Made by a program: the position numbers and the translations under genes. Positions 26,007 through 38,862 of a stretch of DNA of 64,000 nucleotides are shown here, piece after piece. The notes under the pieces are model-generated. The model saw only the letters and a program-made list of their open reading frames with translations. It was not told the origin of the DNA and did no database searches. Where the stretch lies: the NCBI GenBank assembly GCA_964016885.1, contig OZ024756.1:19902001-19966000 (forward strand), given 5' to 3'. Source of the stretch: Eledone cirrhosa (taxonomy: Eukaryota). Numbering within the stretch: position 1 is the stretch's first letter; each line of letters begins with the position of its first letter.

Positions 26007-27494
26007 TATATTTGATTATGAGAATACTTTTCATTTATTAATATTTTGAATAATATTATATATATATATATATATATAATACTTCTGGTTATCGAACCAA
26101 CCAACCAACCGGAAACTTGTAATAAATTGAAGTAAAAATCACAGGTGCGTGTGTTTTTATTGGCAGCATGACCCTCCCAAAGTATAACAATATATTTGTA
26201 ATGTTATTCTGAAAGAATTGTGAGCAATTAGTAATGTTATTTATGCATTTGTAATGTTATTTCTACAACAGCTTGATAATGTTTGGTGATTCAGAACATG
26301 GTAAAACCAAAATTGTTTTAATTAAACAGATTATTTTTCTTTGAACTCAATAAATTATATTTTAACAGACGAAGTCATATGTTTTCCTTAGTCAACAGCT
26401 TGTCTTTAAATAGTTCATATTGTTGCTTCGTTTATTCTAAAAGAATGCCTTAAGTCCGATTTCTTACACTATTTTCGTATATTATAATTATTTCAATTTT
26501 TTGGCTCTAAGGTAGTAATTTTTCGCTATTTTAAAAATCATACATTCTCACCTTCATTTCTTTTTTTTTTTTTTGTAGTTGTGAAGTCGCGTGGTTTAGT
26601 GGTTAGGTTGCTAGGCTCGCGATCGTTAAAGTAGTGGGTTTGATTCCCGGACCATACAATGTATTGTGTCCCAGAGCAAGACAATCTATTACACGTTGTT
26701 TCAGTCCTCTCCGTTCGCAATAATGAGTCGTACCTGGAGTCCAAAGAGCTAGCTTTGTCACACTCTGTGTCACGCTGAATCTCCCGGAGAAATACGTAAG
26801 GTGTGTACGTGTCTGTGGAATGCTCAGCCACTTACACGTTAACTTCACAAGGAAGTTGTTCCGTTATTCAAACAACTGAATCACCCACCTTTTTTTTTGT
26901 ATTTTATCCGAATGGGTAATAAATAATTGTTTCTACTTTTGGCACAAGGCCAGCAATTACCCCAGTGCATTACTGGTACTTTATTTTATCGACTCTCGTA
27001 AGGATGAAAGGCAAAGTTAACCTCGGCGGGGTTTGAACACAGATCATAAAGGGCTATAACTGAGATTAGTTTTACCTTTCATGCCGAGGTCGATAAAATA
27101 AAGTACCAGTAATGACCTGGGGTCGATTTAATCGCCTTTCCCTCTTCCCTTCAAATCGCTGGCCTTGTGCCAAAAGTAGAACTCATTATTATGCACAATT
27201 GAGAAGAATGTGGAAAATAAGGAAATCACTAAAATTATTTTTCAACTTGTCTATACAAAGAGCTAGCGTCTTAAAGTGGTGTAAACGAAATTTCTACACA
27301 GAAAAGTGGCGTCATAACTGTTGCATGACGTCACGACATCAAGTCATCCGTTTTGATAATATGGACGATAGTGACAAAACTTCAATGTCGTTTATTGGCT
27401 ACCATAACCAGTTTAAGTTCTTGTAGTAATTTCAACTATTATTCGGTTTAACAAAGCATTTTGTAAAGCAAACCAAAACGAAAGATTAAAAAAA

Positions 27495-27551
27495 ATGGCA
27501 CATCATTTACCAAAGCGGTGCTGCAAACGCAGTGCCTCAGTGCCACCACAA
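27495..27551 (+). CDS. Possible first coding exon (MAHHLPKRCCKRSASVPPQ) of an unidentified gene
   Basis: aaaaATGG start context, 19 open codons, GTAAG donor. A perfect TGACGTCA lies about 170 bp upstream in a CpG-containing island. No homology recognised. Confidence 0.25.
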
Positions 27552-27739
27552 GTAAGGTCACAAAGTACAGATATTAGCTATAAAAACAGAAGTATGTATT
27601 GTTACTGTATAATAATTCCATTTATTTATATCTCAGTATATTTTGTAGACTTTGTTGAAAGTTGCTAATTTTATTAACATAAATATTTCGTATAATAAAT
27701 AGGAAGAAAGAAAAATAAATAAATAATGAACATAAGGGA

Positions 27740-28270
27740 AAGGTAGCGATAGACTGTAGGTCTCTGTCCAGGGGATATATCTCAGCTGTGTAGGACTGCG
27801 GCATCGAACACCTCTTGATATGCCCTCTGCTGGAACACCCCTGCACTGCATAGAACTTGGCAGAGTTTAATGAGAAAGGACAGCAATGTCCTTAGTCATG
27901 GCGGAACCACATCTATCCAAGCTCTGTAACTGACACTCTTGTGGACACGATAAGAAGATCTCAGTTGTGTCCCGAGGGTAGACTGTAGGTCTCTATCCAG
28001 GCGGTATATCTTAGCTGTGTGACTGCGGCATCGAACCAGACTACGCAGCACCTCCTTATATGCCCCCTGCTGGAACACCCCTGCACAGCATTGGACTTGG
28101 TTGAGTTTAATGAAAAAGGTCAGAAATGTGTTCAGTTGTGGCGGAACCACATCTAACGAGGCTCTGTAACTGACACTCTTGTGGACACGATAAGATGATG
28201 GTCTCAGTTGTGCCTGCCCCGAGGGCTGACTGTAGGTCTCTGTCCAGGTGGTATATCTCACCTGTGCCCC
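27740..28270. repeat. About 240-bp GC-richer direct duplication (about 2.3 units)
   Basis: gactgtaggtctct.tccagg at about 27752, 27981 and 28228; ggcggaaccacatcta occurs twice. Confidence 0.8.
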
Positions 28271-29199
28271 GCCGAGAAGATGGCGAAAGCCCGCTGCATC
28301 AGCCATTCCACTCTTCAGGGATCCTTCCTTAGGCGGGATAAACTTCTTCCAATTTTGTGGAGGAAAATGGCAGTTCGGTGACTGAGGATACCAGAGGGTT
28401 AGATGGTGACCCGCACGAAAAGGAAGCCGCAAGTGAAATCCCCATGTTTGGGTGTCTTCTTCTGCTCCTCTACGTTACGGGTGGCAATGTCAGGATTTGT
28501 GGACAAAATATCAAGGTCGGAGACAGAGGATGTGTTGCTAAGTGTTCCTTTAGGACAATCTGTTTTGTTACTCTTTTTTAATACCATATACTGAGGAGGA
28601 GGAGGAGGGGGGGGGCAGCATTCAAGTCTTTTAAAAGACTTCTGTGAATGCTGAGAGGGAAAGGGGAAGTCACCTTCAGATCAGAGTTCCAAATTGAATT
28701 TTTGCCACATAGACTCTGCTAAAGACACCCAAGTCCACCAGGAGGTGACATTAAACCGAGTGACGAATTATGTTTATCACCCAAGAATAAGAATGAGCTG
28801 AAGAGGCTCGTGGATGCTGTCTGCTGTCTTTCCCACTAACTAAATGATAAAATACATTCGTTGATACGTCAATAAGGCGTGTAATTGTTAAGAGATGTGC
28901 ACACACTCACATATACACACTTACGTCACACTTATTACATATGTACACCCTTATAAAGGTGTCACCCGGGGTGGGTAGCATTTGTGTCCCTCTCTTCTCA
29001 ATTCAAGCTATGCTACTGATTGGTAAGAGGTGATGTAAGGGTGTGGCTACGTTAGACCAGAGAATTGTCTAACAGATTTAGCTTTAGATTTTGTCATACA
29101 AGGAAATGTCGCAATTTCGCATCTCTGTGAACATTTTGTTTTGTTTTGTTTTCTGAAAATATTAATTGAAAATATATTTAAATTTATTATTTATTTTCG

Positions 29200-29607
29200 G
29201 TAAGGAGTCGGACAACAAGCTTTGTGGCATATGGTTACGGCCCTTTACGTTCTGAGTTCAAATCCCGCTAAGATTAACTTTGCCTTTCATCCATATGGAG
29301 TCGATAAAATAAAGTACCAGTAATGCACTGGGGTCGATTTAATCGACTTTCCCCTCCCTCAAAATTGCTGGCCTTGTGCCTATATAAGAAACCATTATTA
29401 TTAAGGGCGGTGGATTGGCAGAATCGGTAGAGCTTCGTGGCATAGTTACGTTCCTTTACGATCTGAGTTCTAATCCCGCCGAGGTTAGTTTTGCCTTTCA
29501 TCCTTAAAGGATCGATAAAACAAAGCACCAGTAAAACACTGGGGTCGAATTAATCGACGCCATCCCCACAAAAAAGTTTGGCATTGTGCCTAAATTAGAA
29601 ACCATTA
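29200..29607 (+). mobile_element. Two tandem SINE copies
   Basis: Two B-box plus central-domain units; the second starts aagggcggtggattggc at about 29403. Confidence 0.75.
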
Positions 29608-29749
29608 TTGTCATTTTAAAATTTGCAATAAGTTGTTTTTCTAAAAATAAACAATAAAAAACATTAATACGTTTTTTTTTTTTACATTTTCTCGACGAAT
29701 GTGTCTTTCGAATAATACATTTTCAAGCCATTCAAATTTCGACTATTTT

Positions 29750-29975
29750 GGTTTTTAATCAATATCTTTCTACAAATAATTTTCGACCAATTTGTGTTTT
29801 TAACGAATATCTTTCTATGGATATTTTTCGACCAATTTGTGTTTTTAATCAATATCTTTCTATGGATATTTTTCGACCAATTTGTGTTTTTAACGAATAT
29901 CTTTCTATGGATATTTTTCGACCAATTTGTGTTTTTAACGAATATCTTTCTACGGATATTTTTCGACCAATTTAT
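29750..29975. repeat. 45-bp tandem repeat, about 5 copies
   Basis: tttcgaccaatttgtgtttttaacgaatatctttctatggatatt. Confidence 0.9.
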
Positions 29976-30125
29976 GTTTCAGCCAATATGCTTTGCTCAA
30001 TATGTATTACGACATATATTTTTTGAATGTGTATAGTGCACAACATGTACGTTAGACATTTCTACTCAGAGTTACACACTATACACGTTTCGTCGAGCTT
30101 TGAAGCTCAATATATATATATAAAT

Positions 30126-30677
<552 letters not shown>

Positions 30678-30693
30678 ATATAATATATATATA

Positions 30694-31192
30694 CGGGATA
30701 ACAGATTATTGTTATAGGTAGTCCACTTAGGTGTAGTCCAGTTAGGGTACTCCGAATAGTGGATGATATCAACGCTTGGCTAAGTTTGACTCAACAAGGC
30801 GTTTCCATAGTGATGCTGCGAGTACGCAGTGATTTCTATGTTGTTAACACTTGGAGTAATGATATATCAGGAAAGAAGAGTGACACGGTTTGCTATACAA
30901 AAAAGGTTTTTAATCTCATTGCTGACAATTGTTTCTCTGAACTGGTAGGTCTAGAGATCGCTACCCGCTTGTTTTCGCGTCATTCGATCACCAATACATA
31001 ATTGTAACCAGTCAATTCATCACAAGCTCTGATAAATTGACTGGTTAAAACTATGTATTGGTGATCGAATGACGCGAAAACAAGCGGGTAGCGATCTCTA
31101 GACCTATCAGTTCAGAGAAACAATTGTCAGCAATGAGATTAAAAACCTTTTTTTGTATAGCAAACCGTGTCACTCTTCTTTCCTGATTTATA
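30694..31192. mobile_element. Fold-back element: unique segment plus palindrome with about 160-bp arms (30862-31192), in (TA)n
   Basis: Near-perfect inverted arms centred at about 31026, with TA tracts on both sides. Confidence 0.75.
31026..31131 (+). ncRNA. Mutated hammerhead (CTGATAA; the opposite arm reads GTGATGA) with long stem II
   Basis: gct-CTGATAA-...-GAAA-C-AATT-G-TC-agc. The two arms together imply an ancestral CTGATGA. Confidence 0.45.
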
Positions 31193-31242
31193 TATATATA
31201 TATTTATATATAAGATCAAAAGATGGTTAAAAGAGTTCCATG

Positions 31243-31313
31243 TATTTTATTATGCGCATTTCAAAAACAAATATCATCATGCAATAACATTTGTGTTTTC
31301 GTCAGATAAAATA
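31243..31313 (-). ncRNA. Mirror copy of the same hammerhead on the minus strand
   Basis: Left arm of the perfect palindrome 31207-31544. Confidence 0.78.
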
Positions 31314-31437
31314 GGAAGACATGATATGAAGGTTAAAATACACTTGTGAATAGTGCAGTTTTAAATCAACATATTGATATGTTGATTTAAAACTGCACTA
31401 TTCACAAGTGTATTTTAACCTTCATATCATGTCTTCC

Positions 31438-31508
31438 TATTTTATCTGACGAAAACACAAATGTTATTGCATGATGATATTTGTTTTTGAAATGCGCATA
31501 ATAAAATA
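31438..31508 (+). ncRNA. Type-I hammerhead ribozyme (complete core)
   Basis: Stem I TATTTTAT/ATAAAATA; CTGACGA 31446-31452; stem II about 16 bp (aaacacaaatgttatt-gcat-gatgatatttgttttt, with wobbles); GAAA-T-GCGC-A-TA. Predicted cleavage after A31500. Confidence 0.8.
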
Positions 31509-31641
31509 CATGGAACTCTTTTAACCATCTTTTGATCTTATATATTATTTATACTCCAGTCCTACAAACTGTAGAGTGCTTCTTATCCGATATCTGCATT
31601 GCTTTATTGTACTACAATAAAACTCACCTCCTACATATGTA

Positions 31642-31685
<44 letters not shown>

Positions 31686-31851
31686 TGTTAAAGTTTGCTT
31701 GAAGCATTGTAGAATATGAAAAATAGTCGTATAGGTTTATTCAACATTACCTATTGAGTACGCTTGATGCAACCGGTACTAGCAGTGAAACCCATGCTAG
31801 TCTTGTCAACCTATTATATACACACACACATATATATATATGAAATATCTC

Positions 31852-31896
31852 CATTGCCTGACGAAACGTTTTAACATGAAACTCCGAGTAACAATG
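31852..31896 (+). ncRNA. Compact hammerhead-like motif
   Basis: cattgc-CTGACGA-aacgttttaacat-GAAA-CTCCGAG-TA-acaatg. Stem I cattg/caatg, GUA triplet, weak stem II. Confidence 0.55.
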
Positions 31897-32139
31897 CCTT
31901 GTACAATAAATAATTATTGTTTCTACTTTTGGCACAAGGCCAGCAATTACCCAATGCATTACTGGTACTTTATTCTATCGACCCCGGAAGGGTGAAAGGC
32001 AAAGTTAACCTCGGCCGGATTTGAACTCAGACCATACAATAAATAATTATACTTCACAAAATGTATTGTGTATGTTTTCTCTCGTTCGTCAAAAAAAAAA
32101 AAGAAAAAACCTAAAACGTTTACACACACATACATCTAT

Positions 32140-32325
32140 ATAGCTTCTTCTTTTTCTTCGCCCACTTATTCCTGAGTGGGTCGTGGGGGAAGAGTCGTCA
32201 AACACTCCCCCCTCCCCCCAGCGGGTCCCGTCAGAAGCAACCATCTCCAACTGATCCATCTGGATCTCCAAGCGTGACCAGCCAAGCTCATGGATGTTAT
32301 CCTTCAACCATCTTGCTGGGGGTAT
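32140..32325 (-). mobile_element. LINE 3'-end remnant (RTE-like)
   Basis: PPARWLKDNIHELGW...ASDGTRW followed by a (GAA)-like tail. Confidence 0.45.
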
Positions 32326-32353
32326 CTGATATTAAAAGACTGTTAAACCCATG

Positions 32354-32424
<71 letters not shown>

Positions 32425-32511
32425 GATATTAAGGTGCACATTAATTGGGTCCATAGGTGGTATGCTGAATGAGCACCCGTTGCTCTTGGGTACGCGAGTC
32501 TACTAGCTAAA

Positions 32512-32597
32512 ACATATCTGAGGAGCTTCCGATTCCAGAGTCAGTTTCGATCATTAATAGATCGCTCCTGATCGACAGTGAAACATATGTAATATGT
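32512..32597 (+). ncRNA. Type-I hammerhead with enlarged (about 55 nt) stem-II domain
   Basis: Stem I ACATAT/ATATGT; CTGAGGA 32518-32524; stem II closed by GCT/AGT; GAAA-C-ATAT-G-TA (GUA cleavage triplet, palindromic loop III). Confidence 0.75.
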
Positions 32598-33214
32598 AAT
32601 TGAATATGTATATGATGCAACACTGATTCTTTGTTCCCTTATATATATATATATATATCCAAAATTAAGATAAATCAAGTGAATTTAATCTAAATCAAAA
32701 TTATGGGTGTCATGCCATTCATTTGATTTATCTTAATTTTGGATATAGATATATAAATACGGCTCCTTAATTGTAGAGCTAACTCTGTTGAAAGGACTCG
32801 ACTGCTGTTTCTAGTTGTCGATAACTCTATTCACGCCGCTGGGACGAAGCTACTATGATGTGTGTATTTCTAGTAGATATACCACGTGTTGCTGGCCAGT
32901 CGCTGATTTGAACTTGAAGTGTAAACACGGATCGCTGGAACTTCTTCCTTGTTGAAAATCCAAGTCTCCACTTCTGTGGTTTACCATCCGATTAATTGGT
33001 GAAATATATTTCTTTAATGGAATATATACAGGGAAGATTAATCATATTATAAGGTATCTATTTTTGAAGTTCTGGTCAACTTTATTTAGTTACCTACCTA
33101 GCTATGTGTGGTTACACACTTGTAAAAATTATCTCCTGCGATTATTCATGTTTATTTATATGTTAATCAATTTCTAGTTATTATATTATATATATATTTC
33201 TGTTTACCTTTTAC

Positions 33215-33271
<57 letters not shown>

Positions 33272-33272
<1 letters not shown>

Positions 33273-33459
33273 CTGTTTCTACTTTAGGCACAAGGCCAGC
33301 AATTACCCAGTGCATTACTGGTACTTTATTTTATCGACCCCGTAAGGATGAAAGGCAAAGTCAACCTCGGCGGGATTTGAACTCAGATCGTAAAGGGACG
33401 TAACTATGCTGGAAAGCATGGCGTCCGACCCTCTACCGATACTGCCAATCCACCGCCCT
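33272..33459 (-). mobile_element. SINE, apparently identical to the 55651 copy
   Basis: Reverse complement matches 55651-55833 on visual comparison. Confidence 0.85.
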
Positions 33460-33682
33460 AAGTATTGAGTACTTTGGTGCGTTATGGTCCACCTGGTTCC
33501 TTACCACATTTCCTTCGTTATATATATATATATAACGAAGGAAATGTGGTAAGGAACCAGGTGGGCCATAACGCACCAAAGTACTCAATACTTAGGGTAG
33601 TAGAGTGGGTAATAGGAACAAGTAAGAGTCTAGAATTAGCCGTCGAAACGGCTTGAGCTCAGCCGTCGGGGTCTTACTTGTT

Positions 33683-33762
<80 letters not shown>

Positions 33763-33926
33763 CGTAAAAGGTAAACAGAAATAACACAATCGGTACAGTC
33801 AGCTTCTCTTACTACTAATACATGCCGATACACACCCTTATATTAACATACTTTTGCTCATAGCTTCGTACTTACATGCACATACACACACATTTTTCTT
33901 AGCTTCGTACGGACCTATAATAACAC

Positions 33927-33973
<47 letters not shown>

Positions 33974-34559
33974 ATATATATTACTGAGATTACTCTCTGT
34001 TGCTACTCTGAGTTTCGAGGATTGCCACTGATCACGCAAATATGTAATAACTGTTTCAACATTTGGCACAAGGTCAGCAATTTGAAGTGAAAGGGAGGGG
34101 AATTCGAGAACTGCTTCTTTATGCTTGGATTCATAGCGTTTACTTTCTGGTTTTTGTATGTGTAGTGTTTTAGTCTTTCAAACAATTTAGTATCAGTGAC
34201 ATAATATGAACATTAATCGTTCTAAGATACCATATCCAATACCATATCTACTCGGTGAGGTTCCGTCTCTTGCCGAGGACTAATTAAAAATGTTTCTTTT
34301 TTTTACCCAACTCTTACAAATTTCTGGAGCCTTGGCTCAGTAATTAGAGTGTTAAGCCGACGCCAGGTTTTTAAAAAATCATTTAGAAACGCCGTATATC
34401 AATACAGCGCCCATACCACTCCTTCGGGAGTTATGGGTCCATACATACATATAGTGATGGAGAGAAAGGGAGTTACTATTAAATGTTTTCACTTTCTCAA
34501 TATACTCAAGCATATGGAAATAAATCTAATCCACATGCCAGCCTTAAGGGTAAGTCTGC

Positions 34560-35245
34560 CCTCAGAACTTCTGTTACTTTCAGGAGCAGCAGCTGTAGCT
34601 AAACGCCAGCCCCATAAATGTAACTTAAGGGTCAGTCTGCCCCCATAATTATTACAGAACTTCTGTCACTTTCAGACGCAGCAGCCGTAGCTAAACGCCA
34701 GCCCCATAAATGTAACTTAAGGGTCAGTCTGCCCCCATAATTATTACAGAACTTCAGTCACTTTCAGACGCAGCAGCCGTAGCTAAACGCCAGCCCCATA
34801 AATGTAACTTAAGGGTCAGTCTGCCCCCATAATTATTACAGAACTTCAGTCACTTTCAGACGCAGCAGCCGTAGCTAAACGCCAGCCCCATAAATGTAAC
34901 TTAAGGGTCAGTCTGCCCCCATAATTATGACAGAACTTCTGTCACTTTCAGACGCAGCAGCTGTAGCTAAACGCCAGCCCCATAAATGTAACTTAAGGGT
35001 CAGTCTGCCCCCATAATTATTACAGAACTTCTGTCACTTTCAGACGCAGCAGCCGTAGCTAAACGCCAGCCCCATAAATGTAACTTAAGGGTCAGTCTGC
35101 CCCCATAATTATGACAGAACTTCTGTCACTTTCAGACGCAGCAGCTGTAGCTAAACGCCAGCCCCATAAATGTAACTTAAGGGTCAGTCTGCCCCCATAA
35201 TTATTACAGAACTTCTGTCACTTTCAGACGCAGCAGCCGTAGCTA
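34560..35245. repeat. 92-bp tandem repeat, about 7.5 copies
   Basis: ctaaacgccagccccataaatgtaacttaagggtcagtctgcccccataattattacagaacttctgtcactttcagacgcagcagccgtag. Confidence 0.95.
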
Positions 35246-35736
35246 ACGTAAATCTCAAAACTGAAAAACGGAAACTAATCCCCGTCATTAAAGATGGCAA
35301 CTCATTTTTTCGGTCGGTAAGTTACATCTTTTCAGGTCATGAAAGGAATTACATAAAATGGCGTAAAGTATTAATTGCTTTCGAGTCACTCTTTCCCGAT
35401 CATATTTTTGACACAGATATTACCGATCAAGCAGTTCGTTATGAGCACGTCCAGAGATTATTAAACAACCGCACGCCTGCGACTGAGTTTGAAATTATCG
35501 CCTTTGCTACAATGGTACAATGCCAGGTTTACGTATACGATTTGATCAGCACAAAACCGTACACATTTATTTGGCGGTTGTACTTACCGCGATTTGCTTG
35601 TGAACAACTATATGAGAAAGGCTATTTGACTTTTTATCGGGAGCGAAACATTTACTGCCCGATCAAAGACAATGTCCAAAATTTCACTGATGCCAACAAA
35701 CAGGCGAGACATTTCCGTTCTAAAAGTATGTTTTGA
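35230..35736 (+). CDS. OTU-like cysteine-protease-fold reading frame, probably catalytically inactive (exon or TE-derived)
   Basis: Manual translation extends ORF 35512-35736 upstream without stops: ...IPVIKDGNSFFRSVSYIFSGHERNYIKWRKV...TPATEFEIIAFATMVQCQVYVY...W..Y.P...YLTFYRERNIYCPI. This follows the OTU pattern DGNCxFR / WATExEI / HY. A ctttcAG acceptor-like site ends at 35227. Confidence 0.6.
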   Translation, partial: AAAVANVNLKTEKRKLIPVIKDGNSFFRSVSYIFSGHERNYIKWRKVLIAFESLFPDHIFDTDITDQAVRYEHVQRLLNNRTPATEFEIIAFATMVQCQVYVYDLISTKPYTFIWRLYLPRFACEQLYEKGYLTFYRERNIYCPIKDNVQNFTDANKQARHFRSKSMF

Positions 35737-35805
35737 AAAAATAATAAACTTAGAATAAAACAAAGATTTCGAAAGTTTCAACAATTCGAAAAGCGAACGA
35801 TATGC

Positions 35806-35868
<63 letters not shown>

Positions 35869-35956
35869 TGTATATGTCTATAAATATGTTTTGAAAAAAA
35901 TAATAAACTTAAAAACGAAGATTCGAAAGTTTCAACAATTCGAAAAGCGAACTACA

Positions 35957-36033
<77 letters not shown>

Positions 36034-36322
36034 ATATGTGTGTGTGTATGTATATGTCTGTACGTATGTGTATGTATATTTTTTTCTTTTGTGTAAACAA
36101 ATAAAACAAAAATGATTTTTTTTTTCATTCTTTCGACATAAACGTGTTTGCAATCCTATCTAGAAGAATGTGTTTTTCTATAACCATGACACTCATGAAT
36201 TTTGAACTGTCTTCTTAATCTCACAGCTACGTCTACCATACACACGCGTGCGCGCAGGCACACATACTCACGCACACGCCACACACGCTACACACACATA
36301 CCACACACACACGCCACACACA

Positions 36323-36385
36323 CACTACCATAAACTCTTCAATAGAAACACTGTAAAAATTAGTTGTAGTTGTCCTGAGAATGTA
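36323..36385 (+). mobile_element. Small PLE linker fragment (HYHKLFNRNTVKISCSCPENV)
   Basis: Same motif as the 57.3-kb remnant (HKxFNRNTVKxSYSC). Confidence 0.55.
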
Positions 36386-38577
36386 ACGACGCAAGCAGGT
36401 AAAAATACCAACGTAAACATGCAAATACAAACATAAACAAAATCTCTTATATAAACACACATATACACATAAATAGTTATGTTATTACACATACCCACTC
36501 ACTAACACACGTATTAATGTAAATACAAACATTATACATAAGAACGTAGTGGCACTCCGTCGGTTGCGACGACGAGTGTTCCAGCTGATACGATCAACGG
36601 GACAACCTGCTTGTGAAATTAACGTGTGAGTGGCTGAGCAGCATTCCACAAACATGCGTACCTTTAACGTAGTTCTCGGGGAGATTCAGCGTGACACAGA
36701 ATGTGAAAAGCCTGCCCCTTCGTATTACAGGTAGAATTTATTTTTGTCAGCTGAATGGACTGAAGCAACATGAAATAAAGTGACTTTCTCAGGGACACAG
36801 CTCACCGCCGGTGAGTCGAATACCTTAACCACAAAGCCACCTGCCTTCAAACACTATTCATAAACACAAACATAACCCACACCTTCCTTAGAAGCACAAA
36901 TCCTAATGTAAATACAATTACAAACCTAAGTACATATACAAACGCCGGTAAACATGCTAATACAAATACAAGGATAATTATAACACAAAGGTAAACATTA
37001 ATCTCAATGAGAAACGAGACTGAGTCACTGTGTAACTGATATTCAGGGCTTATGAGAGGAGGGGGGGGGGGGTTCAGCCGGTACTTCGTTCGGGGAGGAG
37101 AAAGAGCTAAGAAGGCCCCCACAGCAATCATGTAACATCCATTTTGAGAAAAATATTTGCTTGCTTCAGGGCTCAAAGGGATCTCTTGTACCACCTTGCA
37201 AAATATCTCTTTGAGCCCCTGTTTATATTCATACATCTCTCGCCTGTATGGAAGGTGTCTCGATAAAGCGATGGTGTAGCACGTAAAAGTAACTTCACCC
37301 CATGATGTCAATAAATATTATATCGATCTGAGGGAGCTTTATATATATATATATATATATATAAATTAGCTACATATAAGCTAGGACATTTGTCTCATAT
37401 AAAACATTCCAATATCATGTTGCTAAATAAATAAATAAATTTCTGATTTAGACAAAAATCCAACATTTTCTTTTTGGTGGGAGGGGGGGGGGGCATTAAA
37501 TTGACCCCAGTACATTACTGGTACTTTATTCTATCGATCCTGTTGTAAAGATGAAAGGTAAATTGAATCAGCCTAAGCCCCTTCATTAAATTTTGTTCAT
37601 ATAATATTTATTATGAGCAGCAAAATATATTTACTCTCGGTTCCCAAATATTAGGGGGTGTTGGAATAAGCGGGTGTGTGGAGAGGGAGGGGTCGGTCAT
37701 TTTTCTAGGTTGTCTCCGTTGATTAAAACAAAACAAAACAGAATTAGTAGTTTAGTTTACCTATTGAGACCCCAACCCATCTAATTTATTTTATAACGTA
37801 TAGAATTTTTTGTAATATCCATTTTTTTTTAAAATTTATTTATTTTTTTTTGTCATATAATGCTTTTTAATGTCTAAAGAAAATTAATTGTCGCAAGAAT
37901 GCTATCAATTGAATCAAAATTTCGCCGGAGATAAATTGGCAAAATTTAATAAGTGAGGGTGGGGTGGGGGAATAGGAGAGGAAGGGGTTTTGAAAACGTC
38001 TGAAAAATTAATAAGCGGAGAAGCGGGAAACGATTATTCGAAAGAAAGTTATAATGGAGGAAATTTCATTTAGGAAACGAATTAAAATCTACTATTTTAT
38101 ATAAAAATCTTCCAAGTTTTCCTAAAAGGAAAGAAAAAGAACCAATTTCAAATATATTTTAGATTTATTGCAATACTCAATGTTTATCTCAAATGCAATG
38201 AATTGGCAGAATCTTTAGGACGGCGAATAGAGTTTTTTTGCGATATTCGTTTCAACTCTCTACTCTCTGAGTTCAAATCCCGCCGAGGTCAACTTTGTAT
38301 TTCATCCATTCGAGGTTGATAAATAAAAGAACCAGTCAAGTACTGGGGGTCGACTCTTCCTTTATATCACTTTCTCATTCTCTTTCTCTCACTCTCTCTG
38401 TCATTCTCTGGAAGAAATTTGCCGTATTCAAACGTGGAGAGGGGACAGTCTCTGCCAGGTTTTTAAAAAATGCCCTAAGAAGCGCCGTATGTCAATATGG
38501 CGCCCCTATACCATACTATACCAAAGTTTACCTCAGAAATGTACATAATATGATTTACCTCAGAAAATATTCTAATA

Positions 38578-38862
38578 CAGGCATGGGCAACCTTTTTCAA
38601 GAAGCGGGTCGCATGAGATATGGCTCATCATCAGGCGGGCCGCAAGCCCTAATTTACATTCGTGCCCACATTTAAAAAAGGGGTGGTAACTCAGGTTGTT
38701 TTGATTTGTTTCTTCAGAATTCGTACACGTTGTTTACATCGATCGTAAAAAGGATAAAGATAAATTACGACTGAAAAGTTGGAGTAAAAAAATCAAAGAT
38801 TTTACTTAGGTAACTTAGGTGAGCCATTCAGAAAGGTTCGTGGGCCGCCGGTTGCCCATGAC
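38578..38862. mobile_element. hAT-like MITE
   Basis: TIR catgggcaacc/ggttgcccatg; flanks tctaata/tctaatg. Confidence 0.6.

Larger units (their letters stand above)
31207..31640. mobile_element. Fold-back ribozyme element: perfect palindrome with about 168-bp arms (31207-31544) plus unique tail, between (TA)n tracts
   Basis: Arms are reverse complements around the centre caacatat-tg-atatgttg. Tail tatactcc...gagtgct, then (TA)n. Confidence 0.8.
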
